DNA of 63,982 nt, counting the filler, from Lenisia limosa (lineage: Eukaryota > Protista > Breviatea), in the NCBI GenBank assembly GCA_001655205.1. It is 18 parts of 18 records of this genome, joined end to end, with 100 filler letters (N's around TTAATTAATTAA, not from the genome) between each part and the next. Parts side by side here need not be neighbours in the genome. Positions count along the whole stretch, not along the records: positions 9,906 to 15,329 come from LPNZ01008098.1; positions 15,430 to 24,409 come from LPNZ01008999.1; positions 24,510 to 26,624 come from LPNZ01005082.1; 15 more parts are not named here. One strand, given 5' to 3'. The position numbers and the translations under genes are program-made. This document shows, piece after piece, positions 12,430 to 24,896 of the stretch. The stretch's first letter is position 1; every line of letters begins with the position of its first letter. The notes under the pieces were generated by a model that made no database searches, had not been told where the DNA came from, and saw only the letters and a program-made list of their open reading frames with translations.

Positions 12430-14440
12430 ATAAACTACAACATTAACGGAAATTTTTAATCAATCCTGTCCTGGATTAATAACGGCCACCTCTTCTCCCT
12501 TTTCTAAAAAAATGTAGTACTTCACCGGTTTTAAAACCATATCGGGTGCTGGACCCGTCTGCAAAACACTGCCAATAGACTCCAACAAAACATAGAAAGC
12601 GCACGAGTAATAAGAGGTAACTTGCCCTGAGAGAAGGATCTCTTAATTGAACAGTTGCGAGAGCTGCAGCTGCTCCAGAGAGAAAGTCTCTAGTTTCAGT
12701 CAATCGCTGGTCACTTTTAATGGCAGATTGTGCTTGGAGGGCGATTGCTTGATCAGGAGCCAAATCATCACCATTTTCCAATATTTGAAGACACCTTCGA
12801 AATTCCAATGATTCCAACATGAGGGGCTTTTCAAGCCAAGCTGATCGTCCAGGAACTGGCAAATAAAGGTTTGGGGCACAGGCAGGGGCGTTTAAATTCG
12901 GAAAAGCCTTAAGGTGAATTTTGTCAAAACTACCTTCATGGTTTGTTCGTTTAAGGACAGCATTCGGGTGAATCAGTAGTTTCGCATTCACCATAACCTT
13001 TCCAGCCAAGCCAAAACCAGAACGAATCGTGTCCTGATGGTTGCACTCAACATAAGCTTTCAATGAAGACTTAATCAAACAGACTCTCACAGCAAGAGCT
13101 TTATTAGGTGTTTTTCATTCATTTTCTTGCGATTTTCTCTCATATATTTTTGCAACTTCTTTTTGTACACACCATACGGGCCAACATCCATCATTTGGGT
13201 AATGTATGATGAGTGGGATGCCTTTGTGACACATCTGATGTTATTTTCAACCAAGGCGTTCAAAGCTGCAGGGTTAAGCCGCGATGAGTGCTGATCAACA
13301 TCCAGAAGAGCATAATCATCCATTGAAAGTCCATGGCGCTGCCTCGCTTCATTCACATGAGGAATAAGAATTCTTACAATCCAACGAAAAAAGTATCAGT
13401 GCACTAAAACTGTTACAAATGCAAATAGTTATCCTTACCATCCATCCTTTAGGGCCAAACACCAATTCTGCACCATAGTCTTTGGCTGCCTGTAACAGCA
13501 GAAGCGTCCTGTTTTCCCAAAATAATAAGTGGCTTCATTCTCGACCCATCCGTCCTATTAAATGAATTAAATGTACCAATATACTCACATTCCTCCTCCC
13601 ATGATAGTCTGTGCTCAACTTTTCCAGCAGATTTGGTGAATCCATCAGAAGTTTCTTTCAGCCTGAATACCTTGACCGCTTTGTCGTCCGACNNNNNNNN
13701 NNACGTTGATGTACAACGATGGATGAACTTTGTATTTTGTCAATACATCAAATACTGTAGCGAAATACTGCTGCACTTTCGCAGATAGATCATCCGACAT
13801 ATATATGATGATTCAACATATCGAGGCGCCTGAAGAAAAGTGAGAAATATGAGGGACTTTAACCAATATCATTCATCCCGCTTACACCAAAGTAAATGTC
13901 CCAATCAGTGTGTCATTTCATGAAACCTTCAACCCATTTATCAGTGAAGTTTGGGCATACAACACTAGGATTTATTCGTTGGAATAGTTCTTCTCCCTGA
14001 AAGTTAATCAAACAAAAAAGAACCTACCTTTTTTATAATATCCGATTTTGTTAACGTTACATTATTATAAGAGTCCAATAGTAATTCTGATAAAAGTGTG
14101 AGCTCATCACCCTCATTCAGATATCGTTGACCACCACTCTTTTTGGTGAAATCCTATTTCCAGCTTCAAATATTTATTTACTGCACCAATTGAAATTCCA
14201 AACATTGTCGCAAGATCCTTTTGATTAATCTTTTCACCTGCAGGACCTCTAAAATCACTAACCGTTTTAATCTGTAATAAGAAAAAAAAACTTTATCTGT
14301 ATAGATTAATTGAGAGAATTCTGAATTTTTGATCCTTCGAGCTGAGGGCCAGGCCCATTGGGGCATATTTTTGAGCACATTATTAGAAAATTCGTTCAAG
14401 ATCTCCTGTTTCCCAACATCAAAACATTTCATCAAGGATG
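12430..14440 (-). mobile_element. pogo/Tigger-like (DDE_1) transposase, near full length, disrupted, intron-containing
   Basis: N-terminal MPQWAWPSARR...KSGGQRYLNEGDE, then PKGWM|gtaag, LFRWIVRILIPHVNEARQRHGL, ALLDVDQHSSR and SHSSYITQMMDVGPYG (DDE_1 motifs GWM, DxHxS, QxxD), plus a 204-aa C-terminal ORF. Confidence 0.8.
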
Positions 14441-14879
14441 TGACTGATATCTTGTCGCAGTAATGTTAAAATAGAGATAGTTTACTGCCTCAGTCATGGA
14501 TAAATCCTCAAATTTTACAGAATTCACCCACACGGGGAGATCTTCTTTATAAATAGCAACCTATTGTTTCTGTAAAAAAAAACTAGCCAATCGGGGATCG
14601 ATCCTTCGTTGACCTGTTCACAAGCAGACAATGCAACCACTGGGCTAACCCTCCCTTGATACTTGTTGAAAAAAAGGAAGTCTGAGCAAAAGGTAGCGTA
14701 CTTAAATAGATATTTTTGAGTTCAGTTCGGTTCAGTTCCGTGAATATATTTCGAAATTGTTTTTCTAGATACAATTGATTCACGTAATTTAGTGTTTAGT
14801 AGACTTAAAATGAAGCAAATTGTGACAAGATAGGCTTAGTGTAACTATTTTTATTCGACCATACTCAAAAACACATACT

Positions 14880-15329
14880 GGGCTCTCTACGTCTTCATTC
14901 CCCACGTCATCGCAGAACGTAAGCGTCTTGGTGTTTCTCCAGAGACTTCACTCTTCCCGGTATGCTGCTTTCGCCCTGGAGCAGCTGCGTGCCCACCACA
15001 TCCACGTCTACATCCTCCCATCTCACACCTCTCACGTTCTTCAACCTGTTGATCGGATGACCTTCGGTGTAATGAAGGGTAGTGTCCGATCATCACTCAC
15101 ATCTCTTCTCGACAAGGCTCCCCTCATAACACCCGGATGCTCCAAGGAAATGACAACTCGCTGCCGTGTCCTTCAAGCTGCTTGTCGGTATGAAAATAAA
15201 TTTAGATCTTCATTATTTTGATTGCATTCTTCGTCATTTATTAACAATTTAGAGCTTTNNNNNNNNNNGTCACGTTCTTCAACCTGTTGACCGGATGACC
15301 TTCGGTGTAATGAAGGGTAGTGTCCGTTC
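14880..15329 (+). mobile_element. pogo/DDE_1 transposase fragment
   Basis: FIPHVIAERKRLG...HSSRYAAFALEQLRAHHIHVYILPSHTSHVLQPVDRMTFGVMK matches the canonical DDE_1 LPxHTSHxLQPxD motif. 15270-15329 is a gap-flanking duplicate. Confidence 0.85.
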
Positions 15330-15759
15330 NNNNNNNNNNNNNNNNNNNNNNNNNNNNNNNNNNNNNNNNNNNNTTAATTAATTAANNNNNNNNNNNNNNN
15401 NNNNNNNNNNNNNNNNNNNNNNNNNNNNNAATTTGAGCATAAAGTGTTAATCACAAACCATTTAATTTAAAACTCCAAACAGCAAAGTTATGAAGAAGCA
15501 TGGACAATCATCAGCAAAAACACAAGCAAAACAGTAACCAAACAAACAAACAAAAAAAAAGAAATTCAATATATTAAAAACACTTGTATCGGTCTCAAAA
15601 CAAAACAAAACAAAACAAAACAAAACAAAACAAAACAACAACAAAAAAAAAAACTATATTAGCTATCTGATGCACTCATCCGAAATGTATTCCACGACAA
15701 TAAAAAAGAATAACTGTTGAAAAACGGTAAAATCTGAAACTCCAAATCGTAACAGACAG

Positions 15760-16327
15760 AACTAAATAACACTTGGTTTCAAAAGAGAATGGTTTCCTAT
15801 TCAAAATATTGATCCAAGAAAAACCAAAATATTGTGCTTTACCCCAATGTCAGTGTTCATTGAATTAAAAACAAAAGAAGGAAACAAAACACAAGTTTGT
15901 TTAAACACTTGATAATACAATATTACCTCCAATATCTCTCAAAAACACTTCTTCCTTCAGGAGCATTTCATATTGTAACAATTCAGACCACTAGAAGTAT
16001 ATAGTTACCTTGACTCCTGAACATCCCTTCCTACAATAAGTTCTTTGCGACATGAGCAATTGTGGCAATGGACGGAGATTCACCAGTTTCCTGCCAGTAA
16101 TTTTGTTCATGGTATTGGATAACGTCAATAGCCGCCTCAGAGTGGGAAGAACGACCAGAGCGAAGACAGAGACAGTGGTCTGACACCTTGATCACCTTCT
16201 CAGAGCCTCTCGATGAGATAAATGTTCCCATTGTTGTTCTAGAATCTGCTCCCATGACAACGCCACCCTTATAGACGACAGCACAGAGGGAAGTTCCCAG
16301 ACTGGAATAGTGCTTTGAGTGGGACAT
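15760..16327 (-). pseudogene. PSMB6: Divergent 20S proteasome beta1-type subunit; intact 5' half, disrupted 3' half
   Basis: G|TSLCAVVYKGGVVMGADSRTT...K33...R45-S-G47. The ORF ends at TAG 16031-16033. Downstream, beta1-like remnants (IVTI*NAPEG, VFLRDIGGNIV, STIFWFFLDQYF) lie in different frames with stops. Confidence 0.7.
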
Positions 16328-16539
16328 TCTGATCTTTCTTATCTTTATTTCTTTCTAATCTAAAAAATAGTTTCTCAGCGTGATGGAATCGTGTTTTAGC
16401 CATTTCTGACGGATCTCAACTTTTGAACTAACCTGTAGGGTTTATACACGTACCCTTTTTGCGAGTACAATCCGTTATCGGCCCCCCTTTTAAGTTTTAT
16501 GAGTGGTGATAGGAGTACACATAAAGAGCTCGGGGATGA

Positions 16540-19500
16540 TAGGGATATGAAGCTATGTCCAGTAGATCTTGATGCTGCCCCGCTGTGGCTAAGCAGGTTG
16601 GAGTCATGTAGCTTACAGAAAAGTTGGATGATGATGAAACAATAAATGTGGATTTTTGTGACTTATCCACCCACTCATGGATCTGCTTTTCTGATCCCGT
16701 TTAGGTTGCAGACCTTCATGATGAAAATGTGTTTGTCATTTGAGGGGCTTGCTGCTGACGACTTTCCTGAGTCGGAATTTGAAGACTACAATCTTATCCC
16801 ACTTGAATGGAAGGGTGTGGCAAAGGGTTAATTTCTTTTTGGACAGAGCAGCAATGCTTCTATTTTAATTATCGATTTTGAATCAATCTCTATCTTGGGG
16901 GATCATCAAAAATCTCAATGTATTCTTTGTAAATATAGACATTTTTATGTTAATGGACCCTTCATTACGCTCCATTCCCCGTCAGATGCCCTACTCAAGG
17001 AGAAGAAGCTTGCCATTACTGCCAAAGCAACACGATTCCTCTCCAATCTCGCTTATTCTATTTCGCTGGATAGCTCGCACGATGGTTCAAAAAAATGGTC
17101 TTTTGAGTACGCTGGAAGTGAATAAAAGGTTCTGGTACGACTGAAGGAGGGGGGTGGGGGGGGGGTACAACAAGGGCTTCACTCGGTTCTAAAAAGACAA
17201 GTTCTCGAATACTATCGATATTTTATCAAACCGAAGTGAAACCCTTGGTAAAACGAAGGAAATGCAGGGGGAGGGGAGGGGGGTAACGTGTTTTTTTTTT
17301 TGTTTTTTTTANNNNNNNNNNNNNNNNNNNNNNNNNNNNNNNNNNNNNNNNNNNNNNNNNNNNNNNNNNNNNNNNNNNNNNNNNNNNNNTGTCGAGAATT
17401 CTATATTACTTGAGAACCGCTAAACGGGCATATATGGATCATTTTTCACTTTTTGCCAGGCAGGATCCCTCCGGACGATTTGCCTATCCCATGCCAGAGC
17501 CGTCACTTCAAGCTTTTCTTGCTGACACGCAAGGTGCCCCTGAAATTGAGGTCCGTATTGGGCTTGTTTGTGGTGTATAGAGCTTCACTTTCGGTTCCAA
17601 AAAAGACTGAATACTTGATAAATAATTGGTGTGGAGTTTAAAAGTGGTTGGGTGGAAGGGCCTTCTCCGATTACTTCTTTTCCCCCTCAAATTTATAAAA
17701 TACAATAAAACTGCTGTAAAATATGCAATTATTTCACCTTTACATTCACCAAACAACTTCATATGTTTTAAATGGGGATTTCTTATAATATCGACTGTTG
17801 TATATGATATCATATTACAGTACATGTAGTATATCATTGCAGTTTTTATCTGTCTAGACAGAGGAAGGAGCTGCTGATGTTGATTTGATGGTGTTCACCC
17901 TGGCGCCTCCTGTAAGCCGTTGGGTGTAGACTCCTTTTGGGTTTGGATCCAATCGATATATAATTGTTCGATCCTTTTCCCGTTCATGCTGGATTTTTTT
18001 TGGCTGAGTATAGATTGATGAATTTTTATGGTCCTCACAGATTGAGGTCTTCACTTTGGTTCGAAAAAAGACTGAATTTCTCGATAAATCCTCGAAAACA
18101 ATCGATCTTTTGATGAATTTTTATGGTCCTCACTTTGGTTCGAAAAAAGACTGAATCTCTCGATAAATCCTCGAAAACAATCAATCTTTTCCAACAGAAG
18201 TGAAGCCTTATGAATCTGAATAAGCAGGTGTTCATCATGTCTATGTAATATGGTACTCGTGATAACTAGTTTAGGATGACGATTCCCTTGAAGTTGTGGC
18301 AATGGAGGTAAATTGTGATGGGCTTGATGGATCACATGAACGATTGGGCTTGATGGATTGCATGAGCGATTGGGCTTGATGGATCGCATGAATGATTGGG
18401 CTTGATTGGGCTTTTTTTTTAGATTAATCTGGCTATTTGTTGTCTTTTTTTCATACTCTCTTAGGTTCGTTGGTACTATCTTTCCAAGAACATTCTTACA
18501 TTTTGGTACTCTCCCACTTCCCAACTGACACTTTAGGACGGAACTACAATGGACTGCTACGATGAAGACGAAGTCAAACATCAGCTTTTTTCCGTTAAGG
18601 TTTGTGGTTAAAGCTTCACTATAGCATCGATTGTTTTCTGGTCGTTTGGAACTGAAAGTGAAGCTCTATTTGTGGTATATGTTTATAACACAGTGTTCTT
18701 CTTCCATATCAATCTCTAATTAGGCTTTTGTCATTTCTTAATGACATCCGGTAAACATGGGATATACACATGAGGTTTTGTACATAAATACAGTGACTGA
18801 GAATCGGTCAGGACTTATCCTGGTCACTGTATGTAACATCATATTATTTATACAGATGTGACGATTTCTCATCATATTATCACCATACACCCTTGAATTT
18901 TTCTGATTTTACACAAGGTTCCACTTGAAGCTGCATTCCGACAAAACTTGCTTGTGATTGCCGACGAGTCTGAGTTTTTACCTTTTAAGAAGAAGTAAAC
19001 TGGGATTTACAAGCTCACCCCCCCCCACCCAGTATAAATTTTTAAAACGATTTTCCCTGAAAGGGACACTCCATTGTGTTAATAAACCGTTGTTGCTACT
19101 TTTCCTGTTGTTCTAGGGGAAAGGCGTACACTATGACTAGGGTTTCACTTCAGTTCGAAAAATACTGGTTAAATATCGATAGTTTTCGAGGATTTATTGA
19201 AATATTCAGTTTTTTTCCCGAACCGAAGTGAAGCCCTAAATATGTCAGTACGACAATAAGCTGATCCACCTTTAGAATTGAAAAGGAGAACGCAGCGCCG
19301 GTGTTTGAACCCAAATACTGGGTGCGAAAGCTCAAACAAGACCACACACCCGCATGTAGGAGTTTTTATTTTTGAGAATAGTAAAAATTCAAGTGTGTTT
19401 GTATTCCCTACATTGCTTGTAACATATACTACATATATACTGTACCTGATTGAATCAGGTATATGAGTTGAATCAGGTACCTGAGTTGAATCAAAACTTC

Positions 19501-22500
19501 ATTTTCTTGTATTTTTTCCCCCAAATTTGTTGTATATATTGTCTCATGTTACACAGCGATAAAACAAATGTTAAGCCAAATCATCAAAAAGAACATTTAT
19601 CTACACAATTACTGTTTCCCTCTCCTTTTATGGGTTGCCTTAGGACTAACTTTTCCCTTTTTAACAGGCTTGACCTTAGTCTTAACAGGCTTCTTTTTAC
19701 TAGCATTTTTCAACAACTCTACACCTTCTTGAGCGCCATCTTCAATGTCGTTCAATTCCTTCTTTCCTTTCTCGGCTCTCTTGATCATCTGTTCTTCCTT
19801 TGCATCATCTCTTGCACGATTGACAAGATCTAAATAAAGCTGTTTCTGCTCAGAAATAGGAGTTATATTAACACGTGGTGGAAGTTGAACAGAAATAGTT
19901 TTTGGCATCAAAAGTGGGCTATCTGCCCAAGGTAGCTTACCAGCAGCTTTGTTTAATTTATGTGCTTTGAGTTCCTTGGCAGTTTGGATGTCACCAATGC
20001 TCCTCAGGGATGTCGTTAAGCCATTAGCCACACCCTTTGAGTTTTCATTAAATTTACAATCAGCAATATTTCTAATTGTCCTCGGGGAATTGATTACTGC
20101 ACTTTGATGAGCCTTTCTACGAGGAGGTGTAAGCGGGGTTAAAACTTGTTCAGGAGGTCTTCAGAAGAACAACATTAGATTCCAACTTCAATTCAGCTCC
20201 AGTTGAGGTTTTAATCACATGAATACCAGCGTTTTGGAAGGCAGAGATTAGAATCATAATACGTTGTGTCCATGTAAGCCCTGACTGTTGCTTTAATAGC
20301 AAGGCAACGAGTTTTAAGAGCAATGTTTCCTCCATAGACCGACAGTCCCTTTTCTTCACGGGCAGCTTCCTTTCTCTTCTCCTTGGAGCTTTCGCCTTCA
20401 ATGGACCATAGGGACCAACATCCATGACTTGAGCAATATGGGACGTATGACTTGCACCAAGAATAACAGCGACATGGTTTTGTCGCATCTTTTCCAGAAA
20501 GCCAGGCCACCATCGAGAAGGATGTCTCTTGAAGCAATGCAGCTTGTGCATCCTTAGGAAGACCTCTCTTTTCTCGTATTTTATCAAATGTCTTAATAGC
20601 AATATCACCCCATTCCATCAAAGCAGGACCGTTCAAAACAGTAATTGAATATGTAAAAGCTTACCATCCATCCACTTGAACCATGAACAACATGGCCATC
20701 AAATCCATCCATGATTTGTTTTTCATGGGTTGCAGTTTTATTGTTGACAACAACGAAAGGTGAAAAGACAACCAATAGTGCAAAGCAAAGGTCCACTCAC
20801 CATTTCAAATATGTCATGAATTGTAGGAGGGTCACCAATGAAAATTTTAGACACAATTTTTTGAACAAGCAGCATTTCCTCATTATCAGTTAAGGCACAT
20901 TGCCCACCAGATGGCTTCACTTCGTCAGAACCATTGAGTTTAAATGTTCGGCAAACAGTAGCTTGAGATACTTCCAAAACAGCAGCCACCTCCCTTTGAC
21001 CTAAAGCCTCACCAAGCGGACCTTTTATAGACAAGAGTACATGAACCTGTTCAGTGATCTCTAACTTCAGAAAATCACTCTCAACCAAATGTCTTTTTTG
21101 TTTATAAGCCCATGACGGAAGCTGATCAAAGAGCACCATTGGGGCTTGTTAACCTGAAAAATACTTGGTAAGGAAACTGAAGACTTGAGCTCATTGATCA
21201 GCAAAAAAAAATCGAAAAAATATCACTTTTTATCACTAAAATCTAAAAAAAGGGGGGGAGGGGTTCAGAAAAAAGAACGGAGATAAGGAAACTGGGTTAC
21301 CTAGTACAGTTCAATTTTCAAAATTTACGAATTTAGAAAATTGAGTACTTAGTTTTGAATAAAAACTGTGATTTGTGGGGTCCTCAGAAAAAAAAGGTAC
21401 TTTGGTTAAATGTGCTGTGAGACAATCACTTTTATCCCTTCTGTTTCTCTGTTTTTATATATATATATATAATATATCATATGTTATTACGCTTGGACTT
21501 TATTCCTTTATAAACTGGTAACGTTCCTCATTAATGTCTTAAAGAAATATAAAATATAGTTAATTGAACAATATCACATCCTCAATGGATTGACAACTTT
21601 CCACAGGTTCTGATGTCGCTTTTGAGACCATTACTGATCCAAACGGTGTGGCTCAAAGAACAACTTGTAGGGGGGGGGGGGATAATAGCGGGAGCTNNNN
21701 NNNNNNNNNNNNNNNNNNNNNNNNNNNNNNNNNNNNNNNNNNNNNNNNNNNNNNNNNNNNNNNNNNNNNNNNNNNNNNNNNNNNNNNNNNNNNNNNNNNN
21801 NNNNNNNNNNNNNNNNNNNNNNNNNNNNNNNNNNNNNNNNNNNNNNNNNNNNNNNNNNNNNNNNNNNNNNNNNTTTAAGAAAATATATTTAATAACTCTT
21901 AGGACTTAGTGATATGCAGTTTTTAATCCTAAAGTGAATCTTCACCCCTACTGATTATTGTAGCCTGTTCCCTCCCAATGGCTGGAAGCTGAAGAAACTA
22001 GGGCGCTTCGTGAAGAAATTGAGAGCCTCAAATTACGAGTGAGTAACTTTCATCTAGAGCTTCGCTTTCGGTTCCAAAAACACTCATGTATCCTCGATAA
22101 ATCCTCGATAAGTATCGAAATTTAAGCAGTTCTGGGACTGAAAGTGAAGCTCTTGTTTGTATACATTTATATTCCCAAAAGCCGTATTTGAGTATCGCTC
22201 CTACGTTTTTGACCGAAGAGGCTGAACAGTTATGGATATGAGAGAAATATTTCCTTTTTGTTCTGACACTGCCAGGCAAAGACTGCAGAATCAACAGTTG
22301 AAGATCTTCGGAAAACTATTCAAAGTCTAAAATAGAAGGTGACTTGGGAAAGAAATTATTCTTTTTTGTAAAGTCCATGAGATGCAGTTTGCAGTTTTTC
22401 TTTTCTAACACTTTAGGGTCTAACACATTATGGACATGATGGTGATGGTTGCTATTATTTTGTTTGGCAGTGTGATGTTTTGTTTTTGATTTTGTGTAAT

Positions 22501-22630
22501 GGAAAAGCTCACGCAACGAGGTAGTTCTATTCCGTGTAGAACACAGTGGGAACAGTGATTGTGCCTCGTATAAAGGAGTTTCAAACAATCCTTCAAAAAA
22601 GCAGAACGAACTAGGATTCAGTCTGTGTGA
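16540..22630 (+). CDS. Hypothetical multi-exon protein with C-terminal coiled coil; hosts a transposon and several MITEs in its introns
   Basis: Exons include DALLKEKKLAITAKATRFLSNLAY, QDPSGRFAYPMPEPSLQAFLADTQ, VPLEAAFRQNLLVIADES, IEKENAAPVFEPKYWVRKLKQDHTPA, SDVAFETITDPN, PVPSQWLEAEETRALREEIESLKLR and AKTAESTVEDLRKTIQSLK. Not every junction was resolved, and it may be more than one gene. Confidence 0.5.
18319..18415 (+). repeat. Intronic minisatellite, 26 bp x~3.5
   Basis: TTGGGCTTGATGGATCGCATGAACGA units. Confidence 0.9.
18789..18831. mobile_element. Tc1/mariner-type mini-element (TA-CAGTGAC...GTCACTG-TA); solo ends elsewhere
   Basis: TA-flanked CAGTGAC inverted ends. The shared core AATCGGTCAAGACTTATCC also occurs at about 2976, 27465, 34180, 40570, 54265 and 63612. 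Confidence 0.7.
19609..21139 (-). mobile_element. pogo/CENP-B-like transposase, internally deleted and frameshifted, intron-containing, inside a host intron
   Basis: HTH-like LGQREVAAVLEVSQATVCR and SGGQCALTDNEEMLLV; SSGWM|gtaag; HPSR...ASHTSHIAQVMDVGPYGPLK; Lys-rich 140-aa tail. Confidence 0.85.
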
Positions 22631-23274
22631 CAAAACCCCCACAATTTCTGGATGGATTTGTTTCTTTCTGAAAATTTAAATTTTGCCCCCCCCCCCACAC
22701 CCTCAGTTACAATAAATGGAATGTATCCAAAATAAAATAGACGTAGACCTAAAACATACTACAAAAAAAATGAACCAAAATCTGAAGAAAAAACAAAAAA
22801 ACAAAACCATTTGCAATCGGAGGCATAACTAAGATGGGGTAGAAGCACGAGGCTGCAGTGTAAGTGGGAATGTGGTGTTCGAATTGATTCTTGTTTGAGC
22901 AAGCCAATGAGCACCCGTGCAGAATTATGACAACGTTATTGTATTCTCTGTGTTTTTTTTGGTTCAATTGCTTTGTTATTGGCTGATTTAGCCTCTAGTT
23001 TTAGACCAAGAAGGTTAATCCTCTCCCCCAAAAAAACAAATATTTTCATACCCACCTGGATTGGAGGTAGTCTGGCATTGACTGGCGGGAGGGGGNNNNN
23101 NNNNNNNNNNNNNNNNNNNNNNNNNNNNNNNNNNNNNNNNNNNNNNNNNNNNNNNNNNNNNNNNNNNNNNNNNNNNNNNNNNNNNNNNNNNNNNNNNNNN
23201 NNNNNNNNNNNNNNNNNNNNNNNNNNNNNNNNNNNNNNTACTTGGGCCACAGACAGAGAGCTTAGGTACTTAAT

Positions 23275-24409
23275 ATGGTTTTTGACCCGACAGGCGTCTC
23301 ATCCTTTGATTAAGATTGAAATTACTTTTGAAAACAAAAGGGAAATAGGGTTTATTGTGATTTTATATGAAAAACTCACACTGTCAGGGAGTACGATAAA
23401 TCGGAGCTTTGACTAATATACATACTATATTTACTACTATATATATTTGACTGCCAACCTAATAGCAACAATCCCATCACTCCAGTGTACGGGGGGGGGG
23501 GGGTAAANNNNNNNNNNNNNNNNNNNNNNNNNNNNNNNNNNNNNNNNNNNNNNNNNNNNNNNNNNNNNNNNNNNNNNNNNNNNNNNNNNNNNNNNNNNNN
23601 NNNNNNNNNNNNNNNNNNNNNNNNNNNNNNNNNNNNNNNNNTAGAAAGAACTCGCGACACCCCCGTGTCTAAAGGAATGTAAGGGGTATGGCGTGAGATG
23701 ATGACAAAAAGAAACAATAAAACAGGGCCAAAGAAAGACTGTTCTGTATCAAAATAGAATATACTATATGTGCGATCCAAAAAAAGACTGAATTTATCGA
23801 AAAATTCTCGATAAATATCGATAATTAACCGGTGGTAGGGAAGCGAACACTTACATGTAGTATACATAATTATATTAGCCCCCCAACTAACCAAAAGTAG
23901 GACCATCAGGTTGCGAACCACGCGAGGGTTCCTCTATACCTGGATTTATTACGAATGACAAGAAAACAGCTTTACTTGACATAATTTCTAAAAACAAAAT
24001 TCTCAACGATATCGTTAAAAGTAAGAGAGACTGACAAAAGTTAAGATTAACAGTGATATTATAAACTAAAATAGCGCAAAATACCATCCTACTATCAGTC
24101 GAATCATCTGCTTTGCCGATATTAGGAAGGGGTGGTAGCTTTTCCTTTTTTGGAGGAGGCGACGGAGAAGCTTCCTTATTCGGACCATCACCTTCCTTAT
24201 TTGGAATGTCACCATCCTTTTGGAGAGGTGTAGACGTTCGCGTTGACGGAGAAACCGGGGTAAACGACGGTTGATCAACGTTAAGATGGGGGGAGGCCCG
24301 GGTACTACCAGGGGGCGAATCTGCCTCAAGATGGTTCTCGTCATGATGCCGGCTTTGCGCTGATTGGTGCTCCAGGGCTTGGTTGAAGGAGAGCTCGTCA
24401 GGAATTTCT
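23275..24409 (-). CDS. Hypothetical Pro/Ser-rich protein, multi-exon fragment
   Basis: Long exon EIPDELSFNQALEHQS...SPSPPPKKEKLPPLPNIGKADDSTD joins in phase to SIEEPSRGSQPDGPTF and DTGVSRVLS. The listed ORF 24066..24344 is the wrong frame. Confidence 0.6.
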
Positions 24410-24896
24410 NNNNNNNNNNNNNNNNNNNNNNNNNNNNNNNNNNNNNNNNNNNNTTAATTAATTAANNNNNNNNNNNNNNNNNNNNNNNNNNNNNNNNNNN
24501 NNNNNNNNNTGGAGTGATGGGATGCGGTGCTGCAGAAGCTGGAGTGATGGGATGAGGTGCTGCAGAAGCGACTGGCATGGGCGTTGTTTGTTTTGTTGTT
24601 ATCAACCCTCGTGTGTTGCCAGCCCAACAGAGTTGATCTTGGTTTATTTTTTGTTTGAAATTTTCCAATTGTACCCTCTCTACGCCTGATCTCCTTCAAC
24701 TCCATGCGGCCTAAAACAACATATTCCCTGAATCAAATACATATCTCCAATAACTTTTTTGAATATCATGATAAGGTCTTCATTTTGATAAATCCTCGAA
24801 TACTGTCGGAATCTTACCGGTCTTTTTCGGACCGAAGAGATACAATAAAACAATAGTATTGAATCTCAGGTTTTTCCCTCACCCTTACCACTCCAG

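Noticed and set aside
16031-22335. Genome-wide TAG=Gln/Tyr reassignment (two in-frame TAGs on one scaffold)
   Set aside because: No in-frame TAG or TAA in the kinesin, GCP4, ACS-like, pyrophosphatase or Trm4-like exons I translated, which use CAA/CAG freely. The two cases are better explained locally.
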